From an uncultured Planctomycetales bacterium (GTDB lineage: Bacteria > Omnitrophota > Gorgyraeia > Gygaellales > Profunditerraquicolaceae), in NCBI GenBank assembly GCA_964608955.1, contig CAZSQC010000004.1, positions 1 through 35,392 of the forward strand: a DNA stretch of 35,392 nt, written 5' to 3'. The translations under genes and the position numbers were made by a program. Position 1 is the stretch's first letter. Each line of letters starts with the position of its first letter. Of the stretch, positions 15,901 to 22,269 are shown in pieces. Under the pieces are notes generated by a model that was not told where the DNA came from, did not search any database, and was given only the letters and a program-made list of their open reading frames with translations.

Positions 15901-17053
15901 AAGGGACCCCACTAGCTTCTATAACATGTCCGTTAGCAAGGCCCGCTGGCAAAGCGCTATTTCCGGGGCTTACTACCTGCGCAACGGTATCGAGGTTGCC
16001 TATTGCAATGCCTCCCGAATAGTAACTTCTTAAAACCCGGCCAAAAGCCGATTGCTGGGAGACTTTATAATTATATTCGCCATCTTTAAATGACTTCTGG
16101 TACTCTTTAAAATAATCATCTTTTAGCCAGGCATCCTTTGAATAAAACCTGTTGATGTCTTTCCCGTCAATCATAGAAGCATAAAACCCATCGGTACCGC
16201 GGAATTTTTTCTTAAACCACTGCGCTAATATTAAAGAATAGTAGACCTGCCTTAACCTGGCGTAGCGCTTCGATGTATTAATTTCCCTGCTAATGTTCGG
16301 AATTATTGTCTCTTTAAGAATTTCTGCGGCATATTCATTTAGCTGCTTAAGGCGTTCATCTTTAAAACTGTAGTCTGCCCCTCCCGGGAAAGGATTATTT
16401 TTGTTCAGATAGTCCTGTTCCAGCATTACTTTTAATGTTGCTTTATAGATATAGGCATTTTCACTTGTTTCCCGGATTATAATTTCATCGGGGACAATCC
16501 AAGGCCGGATTAGTGTCGGTATGGTCACGTTCTGGCTTCCGAAAAGCTCCTCTGCCTTCGCGTAAAGCCTTTCCCAGTATTGCTTTCCTTCCGGTGTCTC
16601 GGGAGAGGTCGCTTTAGCGGTATCTTTTTTTAACTGGACGTCCGCCTCCAGAAAAACTTTTCCGATATCGGTTTTTTCAACAAGGGGGTCGATAATATTA
16701 CCCGGCGAATCGGGCCTTAAATTAACCCAGAAGGAATCATTAGGAAGACTTATGCCGATAAGAAAAAAGCTTAGCAGCTCTTCCGTTGCTTTCTCGGCAG
16801 AAGGCCTTGATAAATTTTTCAGGTTTTCCTTATCAAGAAGAAGCTGAAAGTTATTCGTTGCCGGGCTATACTGCATAAACCTTAAGTGGACGGGACGGAA
16901 ACTGGAGGGGAAAAAGGTATTTCTGAAGGCTGTAAGCTGCCGGGAAATATCAAGCTGTCCCGCAATTTGAGCAAAACCCGATTGCTCAAAAGAAAGTAAC
17001 AAGCATAGAGAAATGGCAATTAACTTTAGGAAAAAAGATTGTTTTATTTTCAT
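3977..17053 (-). CDS. giant multidomain protein (4358 aa) with signal peptide; function unknown (two kinase-like, one Fic-like, one SAM-MTase-like domain and 4 copies of an unassigned module)
   Basis: The ORF is an uninterrupted 13,077 nt. My residue count was cross-checked against nucleotide anchors at six motifs, and each codon matched. Domain evidence is listed in the sub-features below. Confidence 0.95.
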   Translation of the reverse strand: MKIKQSFFLKLIAISLCLLLSFEQSGFAQIAGQLDISRQLTAFRNTFFPSSFRPVHLRFMQYSPATNNFQLLLDKENLKNLSRPSAEKATEELLSFFLIGISLPNDSFWVNLRPDSPGNIIDPLVEKTDIGKVFLEADVQLKKDTAKATSPETPEGKQYWERLYAKAEELFGSQNVTIPTLIRPWIVPDEIIIRETSENAYIYKATLKVMLEQDYLNKNNPFPGGADYSFKDERLKQLNEYAAEILKETIIPNISREINTSKRYARLRQVYYSLILAQWFKKKFRGTDGFYASMIDGKDINRFYSKDAWLKDDYFKEYQKSFKDGEYNYKVSQQSAFGRVLRSYYSGGIAIGNLDTVAQVVSPGNSALPAGLANGHVIEASGVPLPRAKVIATQQDTASGEEKKLAWKVHLATQLALGAGVNVEDGIDISRVVSFAALPERIQNDNIASVRRALELIKTAGISTAEFRRALESALQQLKNGQKLSAQFGTNPAGKVVLAAGEALHELWLSRQRESGQGVEADRQEDFLGLNAQQQMLDLIILLTVLNESAPVQSVASGRSTEAAPVSHKLNIHIAKFDFDSTDERSWEKYNTLLSVSRDLITGISREDLLSILRKISGIKDLQWADISQDVDLSYFAEGAHKYVYRMQFALVSGEKINILLAAKKEVGKNDITSHELQNLKRLDGRGVPKFAWSGVSADGRRWYIEEFIEGETAQGLLNKGLLTERLRRSIVYALLTITFGLGGMAPRDMHGGNFIIRKGNQEAVMVDIGDNRLYIGGKSANAQHRLLFLAMIMSQYGFKDYGAPGTDNFIFDEVLKHPAFRKDALGLLEDAHALVNSMSKKEIKDLFLSKGRNMFWNLGGNAGNEKPITDFTEYFINSLNAFMAKVDSRRGPPETTSVKGGQAVLKNLAGRIDGRFVRVNARGEIIVNTREIASVLGVAEDDPIVLKVANVLRQHEMAEDAAIGRGLSAKEAHTEGMIAEAEAIGEDSQLREAMHKLWGSLTSDRSAGARIEYGGLDAWGKDGVGYEGEGEVSEVLQKVAAREEFRSFISRTGESTERVTTVLEEFLKSHAEKVKEKWDLERLLSSHLRFLSSVSELEAHLGLFGKYITESYSRYGFVYLGFSRILEETEDKKEFLSYSEMLLRFTGSITEEFGEMEYSELYLPSFLSRVMGIADRMLENIPDKAKREEELKAFLDKVYNKTKEILNIYSLKHKGDSNAARIAHHRALSVAKSILDIIVQFLFSSKSAQATLACDAVFNFAAEFISRRDDNLFDESYGGSHGLANAVNHSDTAEELKNNVAALHRFLITSEKRLSENIPEYVIYNFMQKLSEMLGEKEGKLFAVYMNAMSGLMDALDDKDVQMLFSKSVWVAVFDMANKLSPGADNLQRTFLELALLFKEMSAADIYLESAETYLWSFCEHERNLPALKEKVRAFLEFKTSLTKKFPGKEHQALINIALRNCIRHFSELSPVSFASTLASAEKLFEGIMKSGNNSIAEIFIENFGHYKSILLSPEKIEIAIAIMGAGFIPTEGLVEYAFGKKDLKGALEDFARVKRAISEGGFRLDKINDPQGKALYIDVEYSHFVAVLLENGFGLNRANYNNYRQFISGEHRPGEVHLGAAEIAEVDYAIFEAKRLLEFIDKLISQGRAVNREVVVVANMSYGGFVIDIIEEELARRGVRIIRTKIGSTESHQNPWVFREDLFSEGDLEYLVNNQPIMVVVDGTQHLVDREGDEGKRGRYPDAYQGYRNFALAFNEAIGSILGDQAARNRGELLGKDRTFVSAFGEDFLRLKNKIAAILRRISGEKLYYDFMFWNPGGLRSILRENRQPLAEVDNVRPAQVKGPTIIFVNAVLVDADVPATLKNLHLGHEHEPAFFDDNNIIKEIFLSVTERGTQFEKKLKPIIRSRYPLVSGVLKESNSFEGAPGQVETGNLELLGSYADTVLDALNSGSLVIPVSVNSQGVVTVVSGLVTVNGRQIRIVINNLQDSYVSVSADGSVVSVNQDKINSLLNGSSLNPQERKAAAERILIHDIAEAFAIQSGLNDAQAHHVGMMAEAMHPEQSQRIRDALAPVLLARDQRQARELADGRGYGGENSSAGNKRRSMVIRLAIAAIAAFPLTFFIFSHREALPEQKTEEVSPAASGDISKKGPLTIKLPVSSKQQEGAPDRRQISRNTKDNHLYAQIEALVKGYDLSGLQDILFEEGSVEDETGAVRLTINWNNLSILINVINGMISDGISIQDKNFINRVIKHMSGQVLIYANVYHKQQGEPNQEADNFARDFIELRGRIVSEGLKGRDATYSITDSIDYIKYIQSATKISPDLVPESAFQSLREIFKNEPSLYSSVVYALSSYIKSGRDSVGARSAFEVLLSIFADSKTAEELESTQETIASLLGVSKEEVGKLGDNELLEIFEKNRGHFEYASGVVSTGDLDSLGLPADTVIEAFKKGALVFPVVSNTNGELSLREMVLNVENRRIKIVINNRQLLLGSVSADGTEVHLNLQKINQMFVNTGLSVAERINALERIIIHEITEAYSLQLGNTLADSHFSAMMAEAMYPANSQKIRDALSPLLIERDRRHARQLVLQISLTSSEEEIAEEIVEDLKKMHLAALMNPEAFPHNPNPEPFSPAPFFDPVVFAKVFARKTSQISDKESVKRIFDYILNKPIVIFTTVIYLAPWRNIFWDVYINQRSDWKVRDTFNLRSKITSLFEYYFHDRINYKIAYMNILEYLNSARKDIPHSEMRDINDASRLVNNWIEKGVIIEDDIFSFMKHVEQLHSVAARSLCGFSAGKMRMHDVEHTDRVKGFLRGGDDLKRAMQNLSLYVAGGEFKSMPAVMQAALVYFALTDLQYFSDGNRRVAKLLMDYYLMRANLPPLEINQQNKNEFIKVTRFMKSPEELADFIADELHGQIERRQIEHENYILTARTMRKRTNRSNIDESLIGKAEEIPDAEKDLKEYLSRWLSRLGISGLRLPEIKFVNSAVGTNIPLFKVRLARVKDKAYLAVDISLLEKTSSGMVINPAAKDILILHEVLGHLLFRSYFKEEAAKIALGEETDSEALFLGTTEEVFSRIMVFYYYHIMYRVNPGLITNEIKNYLYGLGLDINVFNLQSYAAAAVKSILSSKDPNLYRYEELLSYRREVVRVSEQAVKMASLVINSQPSGSAEEKESLRIMTKVTDQEAHALAEEVNSILGGKKIDDYFPRTLEAGGYEYAIESDATHEGAARVVRFGPIVFVVIGDTRESGDLEGLKREVLEKQNKLKSSKLYEKYKGNVIFVVPTFYDATSIQPISRYALLVIASMISNAGNFNDAVVFDAGAGDGLLSLVALRLGARKAVLIENNAQSVARSRILLSQESERVEIVQKDLADPELKNILGSYDLGSRPAVALVNIGPHEVYGKANVIALEMIASLPQLALIINGGHLTPIDEDIVPDSQDEDIPLYREGRSESRRILAENGFFVSETGVPFTIITAKKEIVTDNKKDASGSAQDISEKGLSSERAPEAIGAPGQVETGNLELLGSYADTVLDALNSGSLVIPVSVNSQGVVTVVSGLVTVNGRQIRIVINNLQDSYVSVSADGSVVSVNQDKINSLLNGSSLNPQERKAAAERILIHDIAEAFAIQSGLNDAQAHHVGMMAEAMHPEQSQRIRDALAPVLLARDQRQARELADGRGLGGDIQAGEDSGEGSYSRRIKIDDEGDISLDGVSLGKPLGGGMFNFVFALPDGRHVLRVMNKPGRNANISAWKLFSRKGISPDIVDSGFINEDAEGFYFIVTTKLDKRLDQLGPLNDQQMKAVIELFERMLDESTGLVDVFDLRPDNIMITGSENQGYRAWVSDPEQGFVYTGKSQDLAENIHSRITDLQAQPAWKRIDPSGKITAFLKEKSSPRSSSAAVALGGVRETAPKRDSRLSGELKKVNPPAIITGFIEGTRAQRDGWFTWSVEVDASQIDPFFVKLVELEDKDELVYGGGSDLVQMLLGEQKVIIARDLAEVNVIRSPEELADVFTAMRFYDNIDFAPWKRRAGRSRSEIKGVSVMVNGESSLDLRDYVRNYEAGRYLFYGHPEINVPLKHTALLLVTRDGRARIYFRTPQDYENYVNRILTMPDAQRFRSNPKELEQWIKENKNAIQGVIDYCAVLYTRTKAEKTGWKFDEDSLWVIQQISRHLTHEEKLEIKKDVLEKKKIAFGTERFFVRSLDEVLKEFLFDLPEESSPDAIPVTGEEEGKKGGIDFRSLPINTQPIPGGAFLTTPGKLVVKKDALELDMEWNKIQNMLNGKIIPSIERMREYILFSCQSDDCKERLGLVLSCIADILRLEEERCVSTESSLKQLLVLLESEKPAAQIKEELMKMRVSEKEPVLIN
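5519..5947 (-). other. protein-kinase-like domain 2 (aa ~3703-3845)
   Basis: It contains the Gly-rich loop LGKPLGGGMFNFVF, the catalytic loop VFDLRPDNIMI (D-L-[KR]-P-x-N as in Hanks-type kinases, codons verified at 5614..5600) and a downstream WVSDPEQ as a possible DFG equivalent. Confidence 0.55.
6037..6539 (-). repeat. R module copy (aa 3506-3672); 503-bp perfect direct repeat, downstream copy in gene orientation
   Basis: It is identical to 10780..11282. Identity stops sharply at both ends. Flanking codons are I/E on the N-terminal side and L/Y on the C-terminal side, after which only weak protein similarity continues (LGGDIQAG... versus YGGENSSAG...). Confidence 0.97.
6644..7246 (-). other. 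class I SAM-dependent methyltransferase domain, PrmA-like (aa ~3270-3470)
   Basis: Motif I is VVFDAGAGDGLLSLVALRLGA (codons verified at 7117..7109). The acidic post-I motif is KAVLIENN. AVALVNIG resembles the PrmA VVANI motif. Confidence 0.7.
8414..8851 (-). other. Fic/DOC-like domain with degenerate active-site motif (aa ~2735-2880)
   Basis: The motif region is ALVYFALTDLQYFSDGNRRVAKLLMDYYLMRANLPPL (codons 8503..8468 verified). Against the canonical H-x-F-x-[DE]-G-N-G-R-x-x-R it reads Q-Y-F-S-D-G-N-R-R-V-A-K, so the catalytic His is Gln, Gly8 is Arg and the last Arg is Lys. Confidence 0.6.
9302..9784 (-). repeat. R module, diverged copy (aa ~2424-2584)
   Basis: It aligns end to end with the perfect copies at about half identical residues by eye: ADTV, LV.PV, I.IVINN, SVSADG, KIN, ERI.IH[DE]I.EA, MMAEAM.P..SQ.IRDAL.P.L..RD.R.AR.L. 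The H-E codons were verified at 9466..9461. Confidence 0.85.
10679..10738 (-). other. internal hydrophobic, signal-anchor-like segment (aa 2106-2125)
   Basis: NKRRS-MVIRLAIAAIAAFPLTFFIF-SHREALPEQKTEE. The 20 residues are almost entirely hydrophobic (one Arg near the N-terminal end), with a basic N-flank and an acidic C-flank. The Met codon is at 10738..10736 and is preceded by AAGAGG plus 6 nt. Confidence 0.6.
10780..11282 (-). repeat. R module copy (aa 1925-2091); 503-bp perfect direct repeat, upstream copy in gene orientation
   Basis: It is nucleotide-identical to 6037..6539 by my line-by-line comparison. The offset is 4743 nt (3 x 1581), so the repeat is in frame. The identical 66-aa shadow ORFs on the plus strand (10804..11004 and 6061..6261) confirm it. 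Confidence 0.97.
14045..14356 (-). repeat. R module, most divergent copy (aa ~900-1003)
   Basis: VLRQHEMAEDAAIGRGLSAKEAHTEGMIAEAEAIGEDSQLREAM aligns with ILIHDIAEAFAIQSGLNDAQAHHVGMMAEAMHPEQSQRIRDAL of the other copies. The shared pattern is H-[DE]-x-A-E, AI, GL, AH, GM-x-AEA, Q-x-R-x-A. It is preceded by a beta-like stretch, FVRVNARGEIIVN. Confidence 0.6.
14729..15160 (-). other. protein-kinase-like domain 1 (aa ~632-775), APH/RIO/ABC1-like
   Basis: It contains EGAHKYVYRM (nucleotide-loop region), ILLAAKKE (beta3 Lys candidate), a YIEEFIEGE hinge, a PRDMHGGNFII catalytic loop (D-x-H-x-x-N as in HADPHPGN/HGDLHPGN families) and VMVDIGDN (DFG-like). The codons for D-M-H were verified at 14809..14801. 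Confidence 0.55.
16967..17053 (-). other. N-terminal Sec-type signal peptide of the giant protein (aa 1-29)
   Basis: MKIKQSFFLKLIAISLCLLLSFEQSGFAQ|IAG has a basic n-region, a hydrophobic core and a small-residue G-F-A cleavage-like site. Confidence 0.7.
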
Positions 17054-17070
17054 TTGGTTTATCAGCCTTT

Positions 17071-17112
17071 AATATAACAATAAAAGTATGCTATATAGGT
17101 AAAACAAATCAA
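17071..17112 (-). promoter_or_regulatory. candidate promoter region of the giant ORF (two alternatives)
   Basis: One option on the minus strand is TTGATT (17112..17107), 16 nt, then CATACT (17090..17085). The other is the extended -10 TGtTATATT (17079..17071), which would leave a leader of only about 11 nt. Neither is strong. Confidence 0.3.
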
Positions 17113-17142
17113 GGGCAAAAAAAGCATTTTAGGAAAGAGCTT

Positions 17143-17192
17143 TCAAATTAAAAAGAAGGGACACGCTTAGCTTTAGACTATAGGGTGTCCCT
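17143..17192 (-). terminator. candidate intrinsic terminator after rsmI
   Basis: On the minus strand AGGGACAC (17192..17185) pairs with GTGTCCCT (17164..17157) and is followed by TCTTTTTAATTTG. The 20-nt loop is longer than usual. Confidence 0.45.
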
Positions 17193-17238
17193 GGATAGAG
17201 TGGACAATTATGAAGCTGTTTTTTGTCCATTCTAAATA

Positions 17239-17892
17239 TTAGATAACAACTACAAATTCGCCGCGGGGTTTTGTTTCCTGAAGTTTTTGAATAATATTTT
17301 TAGGATGGTCTCGTATGACCTCTTCAAATTTCTTAGTAAGCTCCCTTGCTAGAACTATCTCTTTATCCCCAAAAACTTCGTTGATATCTCCCAGGGTGCT
17401 TAAAATTCTATGTGATGATTCGTAGAAAATTATAGTGCAGCTATAGCCTTTTAGCTCAACCAGCTTTTTTTTACGCGCAGACTTTTTATTGGATAAAAAC
17501 CCCGCAAAATGGAATTCATGAGCCGGCTTCCCGGATAAAACCAGAGCATTAATAAAAGCGCTGGGGCCCGGAATAATTGTAAAAGGAATATCGTTTTTTA
17601 TAACTAAATTGATTAAATTATACCCGGGATCAAGAATTCCCGGAGTGCCTGCATCCGAAACAAGCGCTATATCTTTACCGTTTTTTAAAAGTTCGAGCAA
17701 GTATTCGCCCTTGGTAAATCTATTGTGCTGGAAAAAACTTGTTAAAGGTTTTGAGATATTGAAATTGTCGAGAAGTATTTTTGTGTGACGGGTATCTTCA
17801 CAGGCGATGATATCAACGCTTTTTAATGTTTCAATGGCGCGCAGCGAAATATCTTTCAGATTGCCGATCGGGGTAGCAACGATATAAAGCAT
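17239..17892 (-). CDS. rsmI: 16S rRNA (cytidine1402-2'-O)-methyltransferase
   Basis: 217 aa with N-terminus MLYIVATPIGNLKDISLRAIETLKSVDIIACEDTRHT, which is characteristic of RsmI (tetrapyrrole-methylase fold). At 217 aa it is somewhat shorter than I would expect for RsmI. Confidence 0.85.
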   Translation of the reverse strand: MLYIVATPIGNLKDISLRAIETLKSVDIIACEDTRHTKILLDNFNISKPLTSFFQHNRFTKGEYLLELLKNGKDIALVSDAGTPGILDPGYNLINLVIKNDIPFTIIPGPSAFINALVLSGKPAHEFHFAGFLSNKKSARKKKLVELKGYSCTIIFYESSHRILSTLGDINEVFGDKEIVLARELTKKFEEVIRDHPKNIIQKLQETKPRGEFVVVI

Positions 17893-17908
17893 TTTTAATT
17901 TATAAAAT

Positions 17909-19747
17909 TTATTCTACGGTTACGGATTTGGCTAAATTGCGCGGCTGATCTACATCACAACCCCTTTTTACAGCAATATGATAAGCCATGAGCTGCAGCG
18001 GAAGCGCTACTAAAAAAGGAGAAAATAGTTCTTCGCACTTGGGGATATAGATAACATCTTTTATCGATTCTTTAATCTCCTTATCGCCCTTGGAGGCGAT
18101 GGCAATAATTTTACCCTTGCGCGAGCGGATTTCTTGAATATTGGAAACCATCTTTTCATACACTTTAGAATACGGCGCGATGCAAACTACGGCACGGTAC
18201 TCATCAATCAAAGCTATAGGACCATGTTTCATTTCTCCCGCAGCGTATCCTTCGGCAGGAATGTAAGAAATTTCCTTAAGCTTGAGCGCTCCTTCTAGTG
18301 CGGAAGGAAAATTAATATTCCTACCCAGATAAAGGAAAGAGCCAAAATGAGAGTGCCTACGGCTAAGGTTGGCTATCAAACTTTGTTCTTTAAGAATATG
18401 GGCCATTAAATGCGGCAGTTTACATAAACTATCCAAATTCTTACCTAATACAACTTCTGAAAGGCTCCTGCGAATTCGGGCCAAGTAAAAAGCAAAAAGG
18501 TAAATCGCTGCCAGCTGGGCAGTATACGCCTTAGTTGAAGCAACGCCTATCTCCGGGCCGGCATGAGTATATATAATTCCGTCGGACTCGCGGGTTAAAG
18601 TAGAGCCCAAAACATTACAGATAGAAAGAACTTTAGAACCCCTTTTCCTTGCCTCCCTTACGCCTGCTAAAGTATCAGCGGTTTCTCCTGATTGGCTGAT
18701 AGCAATAACCAGCGTATCCGAATTCACCAAAGGATCGCGGTACCTAAACTCACTTGAAACATCTATGCTGACAGGTAAAGAACACAATGACTCAAGAACA
18801 TATTTTCCTACCAATCCGGCATGAAAAGCCGTACCGCAGGCAACAATAAAAATATTCTTAATTTCCTTAAGCCTTCCTTCATCAATATTCTGCTCGCTAA
18901 AGGAAATCTGCCCGGTTTGCTGGTTTATCCTCGAGCTTAATATGCGCTCGAGGATTTTAGGCTGCTCGTTAATCTCTTTAAGCATAAAATGCTTAAAGCC
19001 TGCGCGCTGCGCTAGGGCAATATCCCAGGTAATTGCGGTCACTTTCTTGAAAACAGTTTTTCCCTCTAAATCAATAACCTTAAAACTGTCCCTGGATAAA
19101 ACCGCTACCTCTCCTTCTTCCATAAAAATAATGTTTTTAGTCGAGCCCAAAACTGCCGGCACATCAGAAGCAATAAAATTCTCGCCCTCACCCACTCCTA
19201 TTATAAGCGGGCTTCCTGACCTGGCGCCGATTAGCTTATTCGGCTCACACGAAGAAATAACAGCGAGAGCAAAAGAGCCGTTTAATAGCTTAAGCGCCCG
19301 GCAAACCGCTTCTTCTATGGATATGTTTTTGTAGAATTTCTCTATAAGGTGCACAATCACTTCCGTATCGGTTTGACTCTCGAAAACATGCCCTTCTTTA
19401 ATAAGCTGTTTCTTGAGCTGTTCGTAATTTTCAATTATTCCGTTGTGCACCAAGGCGATTCTTTTCGAACAATCTAAATGAGGATGGGCATTCGCATGAG
19501 TGGGAGCACCGTGGGTTGCCCAGCGCGTATGCGCTATACCGGTGCCGCCGGTAAGAAAGCAATTCTTGAGTACTTTTTCTAGGGCGCTGATCTTTCCGGG
19601 AGATTTCTTAATGCAAATTTTTTCTTTTTTGGGAAGGATAACTCCTATGCCGCTCGAATCGTAACCACGGTACCCCAGAAGCTTTAGGCCAGCTAATAAT
19701 ATGTCTTTAGCTGGCCTGTTACCAATATAACCTATTATTCCGCACAT
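17909..19747 (-). CDS. glmS: glutamine--fructose-6-phosphate aminotransferase (isomerizing)
   Basis: 612 aa with the N-terminal nucleophile MCGIIGY, two SIS domains and the C-terminus DQPRNLAKSVTVE. Confidence 0.95.
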   Translation of the reverse strand: MCGIIGYIGNRPAKDILLAGLKLLGYRGYDSSGIGVILPKKEKICIKKSPGKISALEKVLKNCFLTGGTGIAHTRWATHGAPTHANAHPHLDCSKRIALVHNGIIENYEQLKKQLIKEGHVFESQTDTEVIVHLIEKFYKNISIEEAVCRALKLLNGSFALAVISSCEPNKLIGARSGSPLIIGVGEGENFIASDVPAVLGSTKNIIFMEEGEVAVLSRDSFKVIDLEGKTVFKKVTAITWDIALAQRAGFKHFMLKEINEQPKILERILSSRINQQTGQISFSEQNIDEGRLKEIKNIFIVACGTAFHAGLVGKYVLESLCSLPVSIDVSSEFRYRDPLVNSDTLVIAISQSGETADTLAGVREARKRGSKVLSICNVLGSTLTRESDGIIYTHAGPEIGVASTKAYTAQLAAIYLFAFYLARIRRSLSEVVLGKNLDSLCKLPHLMAHILKEQSLIANLSRRHSHFGSFLYLGRNINFPSALEGALKLKEISYIPAEGYAAGEMKHGPIALIDEYRAVVCIAPYSKVYEKMVSNIQEIRSRKGKIIAIASKGDKEIKESIKDVIYIPKCEELFSPFLVALPLQLMAYHIAVKRGCDVDQPRNLAKSVTVE

Positions 19748-19756
19748 AAATTTTAA

Positions 19757-19831
19757 TGACCCTGACGGGATTTGAACCCGTGTCGAGAGCTTGAAAAGCT
19801 CTTGTCCTAGACCAGGCTAGACGACAGGGTC
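19757..19831 (-). tRNA. tRNA-Glu (anticodon UUC)
   Basis: The 75-nt minus-strand sequence is GACCCTGTCGTCTAGCCTGGTCTAGGACAAGAGCTTTTCAAGCTCTCGACACGGGTTCAAATCCCGTCAGGGTCA. The 7-bp acceptor stem is GACCCTG/CAGGGTC, the anticodon stem AGAGC/GCTCT closes loop TTTTCAA, and the T-loop is GGTTCAAATCC. No CCA is encoded. Confidence 0.9.
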
Positions 19832-19835
19832 AAGC

Positions 19836-22268
19836 CTATTCCTCTTCTTCAGCAATTACCGGAGCAACACAGGAAACGCGATCTTTATCCTGTAATTTTA
19901 TAAGCCTGACTCCCTGGGCAGAGCGCCCAGTTTCTCGTATGTCTTTAACAGCGCAACGTAAAAATATTCCGTTTTGCGTTATCACCATTAATTCATCGTT
20001 ATCATTTACGGTTTTTATATTTACGGCCTCTCCGTTTTTATCAGTTACTTTTATATTTATCACGCCCTTACCGCCGCGCGAAGTAAGCCGGTACTCTTCA
20101 ACAGTGGTACGCTTGGCAAACCCCAGAGAGGTTACCGTTAAAATCGCGGTATCCTTCTTGGGAACAACTAAATCTATTACTTCATCCTTCTTCCCCAACG
20201 ATATTGCCCTCACCCCTTTAGCCGCCCTGCCCATATCCCTTACCTTGGATTCAGAGAACCTGATTGCTTTCCCCTGCCGCGTACCAATTAGCAATTCCTG
20301 CTTTCCGTCGGTCATCTCTACTCCGATCAACTCGTCGTTCTTCTCGAGCGAGATTCCGATAATCCCTGCCTTACGAGGATTCCCGTAAGCATCGAGCATG
20401 GTCTTCTTTATCTGACCCAATTTCGTTACCATTACCAAGTATTTATCGGAGGAGAATTCCTTAACCGGGATAGTAGAACTTATCTTAGCGCCGGGCTCCA
20501 TTTGAACCAGATTAATTATTGCTTTACCCTTGGATGTGCGGCTGGCCTGCGGTATTTCGTAAACCTTAAGCCAATGCACCTGTCCGTTACCGGTAAATAT
20601 CAAAAGATAGTCTTTGGTTGAGGCTACAAAAAGGTGCTCAATAAAATCCTCTTCTTTAAGCTCTGCGCCGGTAACTCCTTTCCCTCCGCGTTTCTGCTTA
20701 CGGTAGGAGCTGACAGGTAATCTTTTAATATAGCCTCCGTGGCTTATAGTAACTACCACATCCTCCTCGGCAATTAAATCTTCCACCTCCAGCTCTTCAA
20801 CTTCTCCCACAATATCGGTGCGGCGCTCATCTCCGTATTTCTTCTTGAGCTCTTCGAGTTCTGTTTTTATAATGCCCTCGACCTTTTTTTCTGAAGCTAA
20901 AATTGCCCTGCAAAATTCGATCTTTTTCAATAGCTCGGCGTATTCCGCATCAATTTTATCCCTTTCAAGCGCAGTTAACCTCTGCAGCTGCATCTCTAAA
21001 ATAGCCTGGGCCTGAATCTCGGAAAGATCAAATTCTTTCACCAGGTTTGCCCTAGCCGCTTCTACGCTCTTAGATGTTTTTATTACTTTGATAATTCGGT
21101 CGATAAACTTGAGGGCTATTTTTAGCCCTTCTAAGATATGCGCCCTTTTTAATGCCTTATCCAATTCGAACTGCGTCCGGCGCTTAATAATAACCTTGCG
21201 GTGCTCAATATAGCAATCTAAAACCTGCTTTAAATTTAACACCTTGGGACGGTTCTCAACTAAAGCCAGCATTATAATGCCAAAGGTGGTCTCGAGCTGG
21301 GTATGCTTAAACAGCTGGTTTAAAATAATCTGCGGCTCTGCGTCCCTTTTAAGCTCTACAGCTATACGCATCCCGTCTTTATCGGACTCGTCTCTTATGT
21401 CAGAAATACCCTCTATTTTTTTATCATCTACTAAAGCAGCGATGTTTTCAATAATAGCGGACTTTTGCACCTGGTAAGGAATTTCGGTTACGATAATAAG
21501 GTCTTTACCGTTCTTCTGGTGTTCTACAGTAGCGCGGGCGCGCACGGTTAACTTGCCTCTTCCGGTTGTGTAAGCCTCTTTTATCCCGCCCTTACCGCAG
21601 ATAACTCCGCCGGTTGGAAAGTCCGGACCTTTAATATAACGCATTAAGTCCTTCGCTTCTGCTTCGGGGTTATCCAGGTAATAAATTATAGCATCGGCAA
21701 CTTCGGTCAAATTATGAGGGGGAATATTGGTCGCCATTCCAACCGCGATTCCGCTTGAGCCGTTAACTAAAAGATTAGGAAGGGATGCAGGAAGTAAAAG
21801 CGGCTCTTTTAAAGACGCATCGAAATTAGGCCCAAAATTTACGGTATCCTTATCAATATCTCCGAGCATCTCATCAGAAACTGCTGCCAGCCTTGCTTCT
21901 GTATAGCGCATAGCCGCTGCCGCATCGCCGTCAACCGAACCAAAGTTCCCTTGCCCGTCGACTAACGGGTAACGCAAAGAGAAATCCTGCGCCATTCTCA
22001 CTAGCGTATCATATACTGCAGCATCTCCATGAGGATGATATTTACCAAGCACCTCTCCGACAATACGCGCACATTTTTTATAAGGCTTGGAGTGGTCGAG
22101 ATTAAGCTCCTGCATCGCATAAAGTATTCTTCTGTGTACGGGCTTTAGGCCATCTCTTACATCGGGCAGGGCGCGGCCTACAATTACGCTCATCGCATAA
22201 TTAAGATAGGCATCCTTAACTTCTTCCTCAATATAAATAGGGACTATTCTTTCGTTGCGCGTATACAT
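19836..22268 (-). CDS. gyrA: DNA gyrase subunit A
   Basis: 810 aa with [20 protein letters not shown] (QRDR region), the active-site Tyr motif [11 protein letters not shown] and a C-terminal beta-pinwheel repeat region. Confidence 0.95.
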   Translation of the reverse strand: MYTRNERIVPIYIEEEVKDAYLNYAMSVIVGRALPDVRDGLKPVHRRILYAMQELNLDHSKPYKKCARIVGEVLGKYHPHGDAAVYDTLVRMAQDFSLRYPLVDGQGNFGSVDGDAAAAMRYTEARLAAVSDEMLGDIDKDTVNFGPNFDASLKEPLLLPASLPNLLVNGSSGIAVGMATNIPPHNLTEVADAIIYYLDNPEAEAKDLMRYIKGPDFPTGGVICGKGGIKEAYTTGRGKLTVRARATVEHQKNGKDLIIVTEIPYQVQKSAIIENIAALVDDKKIEGISDIRDESDKDGMRIAVELKRDAEPQIILNQLFKHTQLETTFGIIMLALVENRPKVLNLKQVLDCYIEHRKVIIKRRTQFELDKALKRAHILEGLKIALKFIDRIIKVIKTSKSVEAARANLVKEFDLSEIQAQAILEMQLQRLTALERDKIDAEYAELLKKIEFCRAILASEKKVEGIIKTELEELKKKYGDERRTDIVGEVEELEVEDLIAEEDVVVTISHGGYIKRLPVSSYRKQKRGGKGVTGAELKEEDFIEHLFVASTKDYLLIFTGNGQVHWLKVYEIPQASRTSKGKAIINLVQMEPGAKISSTIPVKEFSSDKYLVMVTKLGQIKKTMLDAYGNPRKAGIIGISLEKNDELIGVEMTDGKQELLIGTRQGKAIRFSESKVRDMGRAAKGVRAISLGKKDEVIDLVVPKKDTAILTVTSLGFAKRTTVEEYRLTSRGGKGVINIKVTDKNGEAVNIKTVNDNDELMVITQNGIFLRCAVKDIRETGRSAQGVRLIKLQDKDRVSCVAPVIAEEEE

Positions 22269-22269
22269 T

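Noticed and set aside
4314-16033. More than 25 plus-strand ORFs of 60-115 aa from the track, for example 4314..4661, 5769..6068, 9678..9995, 11292..11624 and 14355..14651.
   Set aside because: All lie antisense inside the uninterrupted 13-kb minus-strand ORF. They are low-complexity (Ser/Leu/Pro-rich) and have no SD or recognisable motif. They are shadow ORFs.
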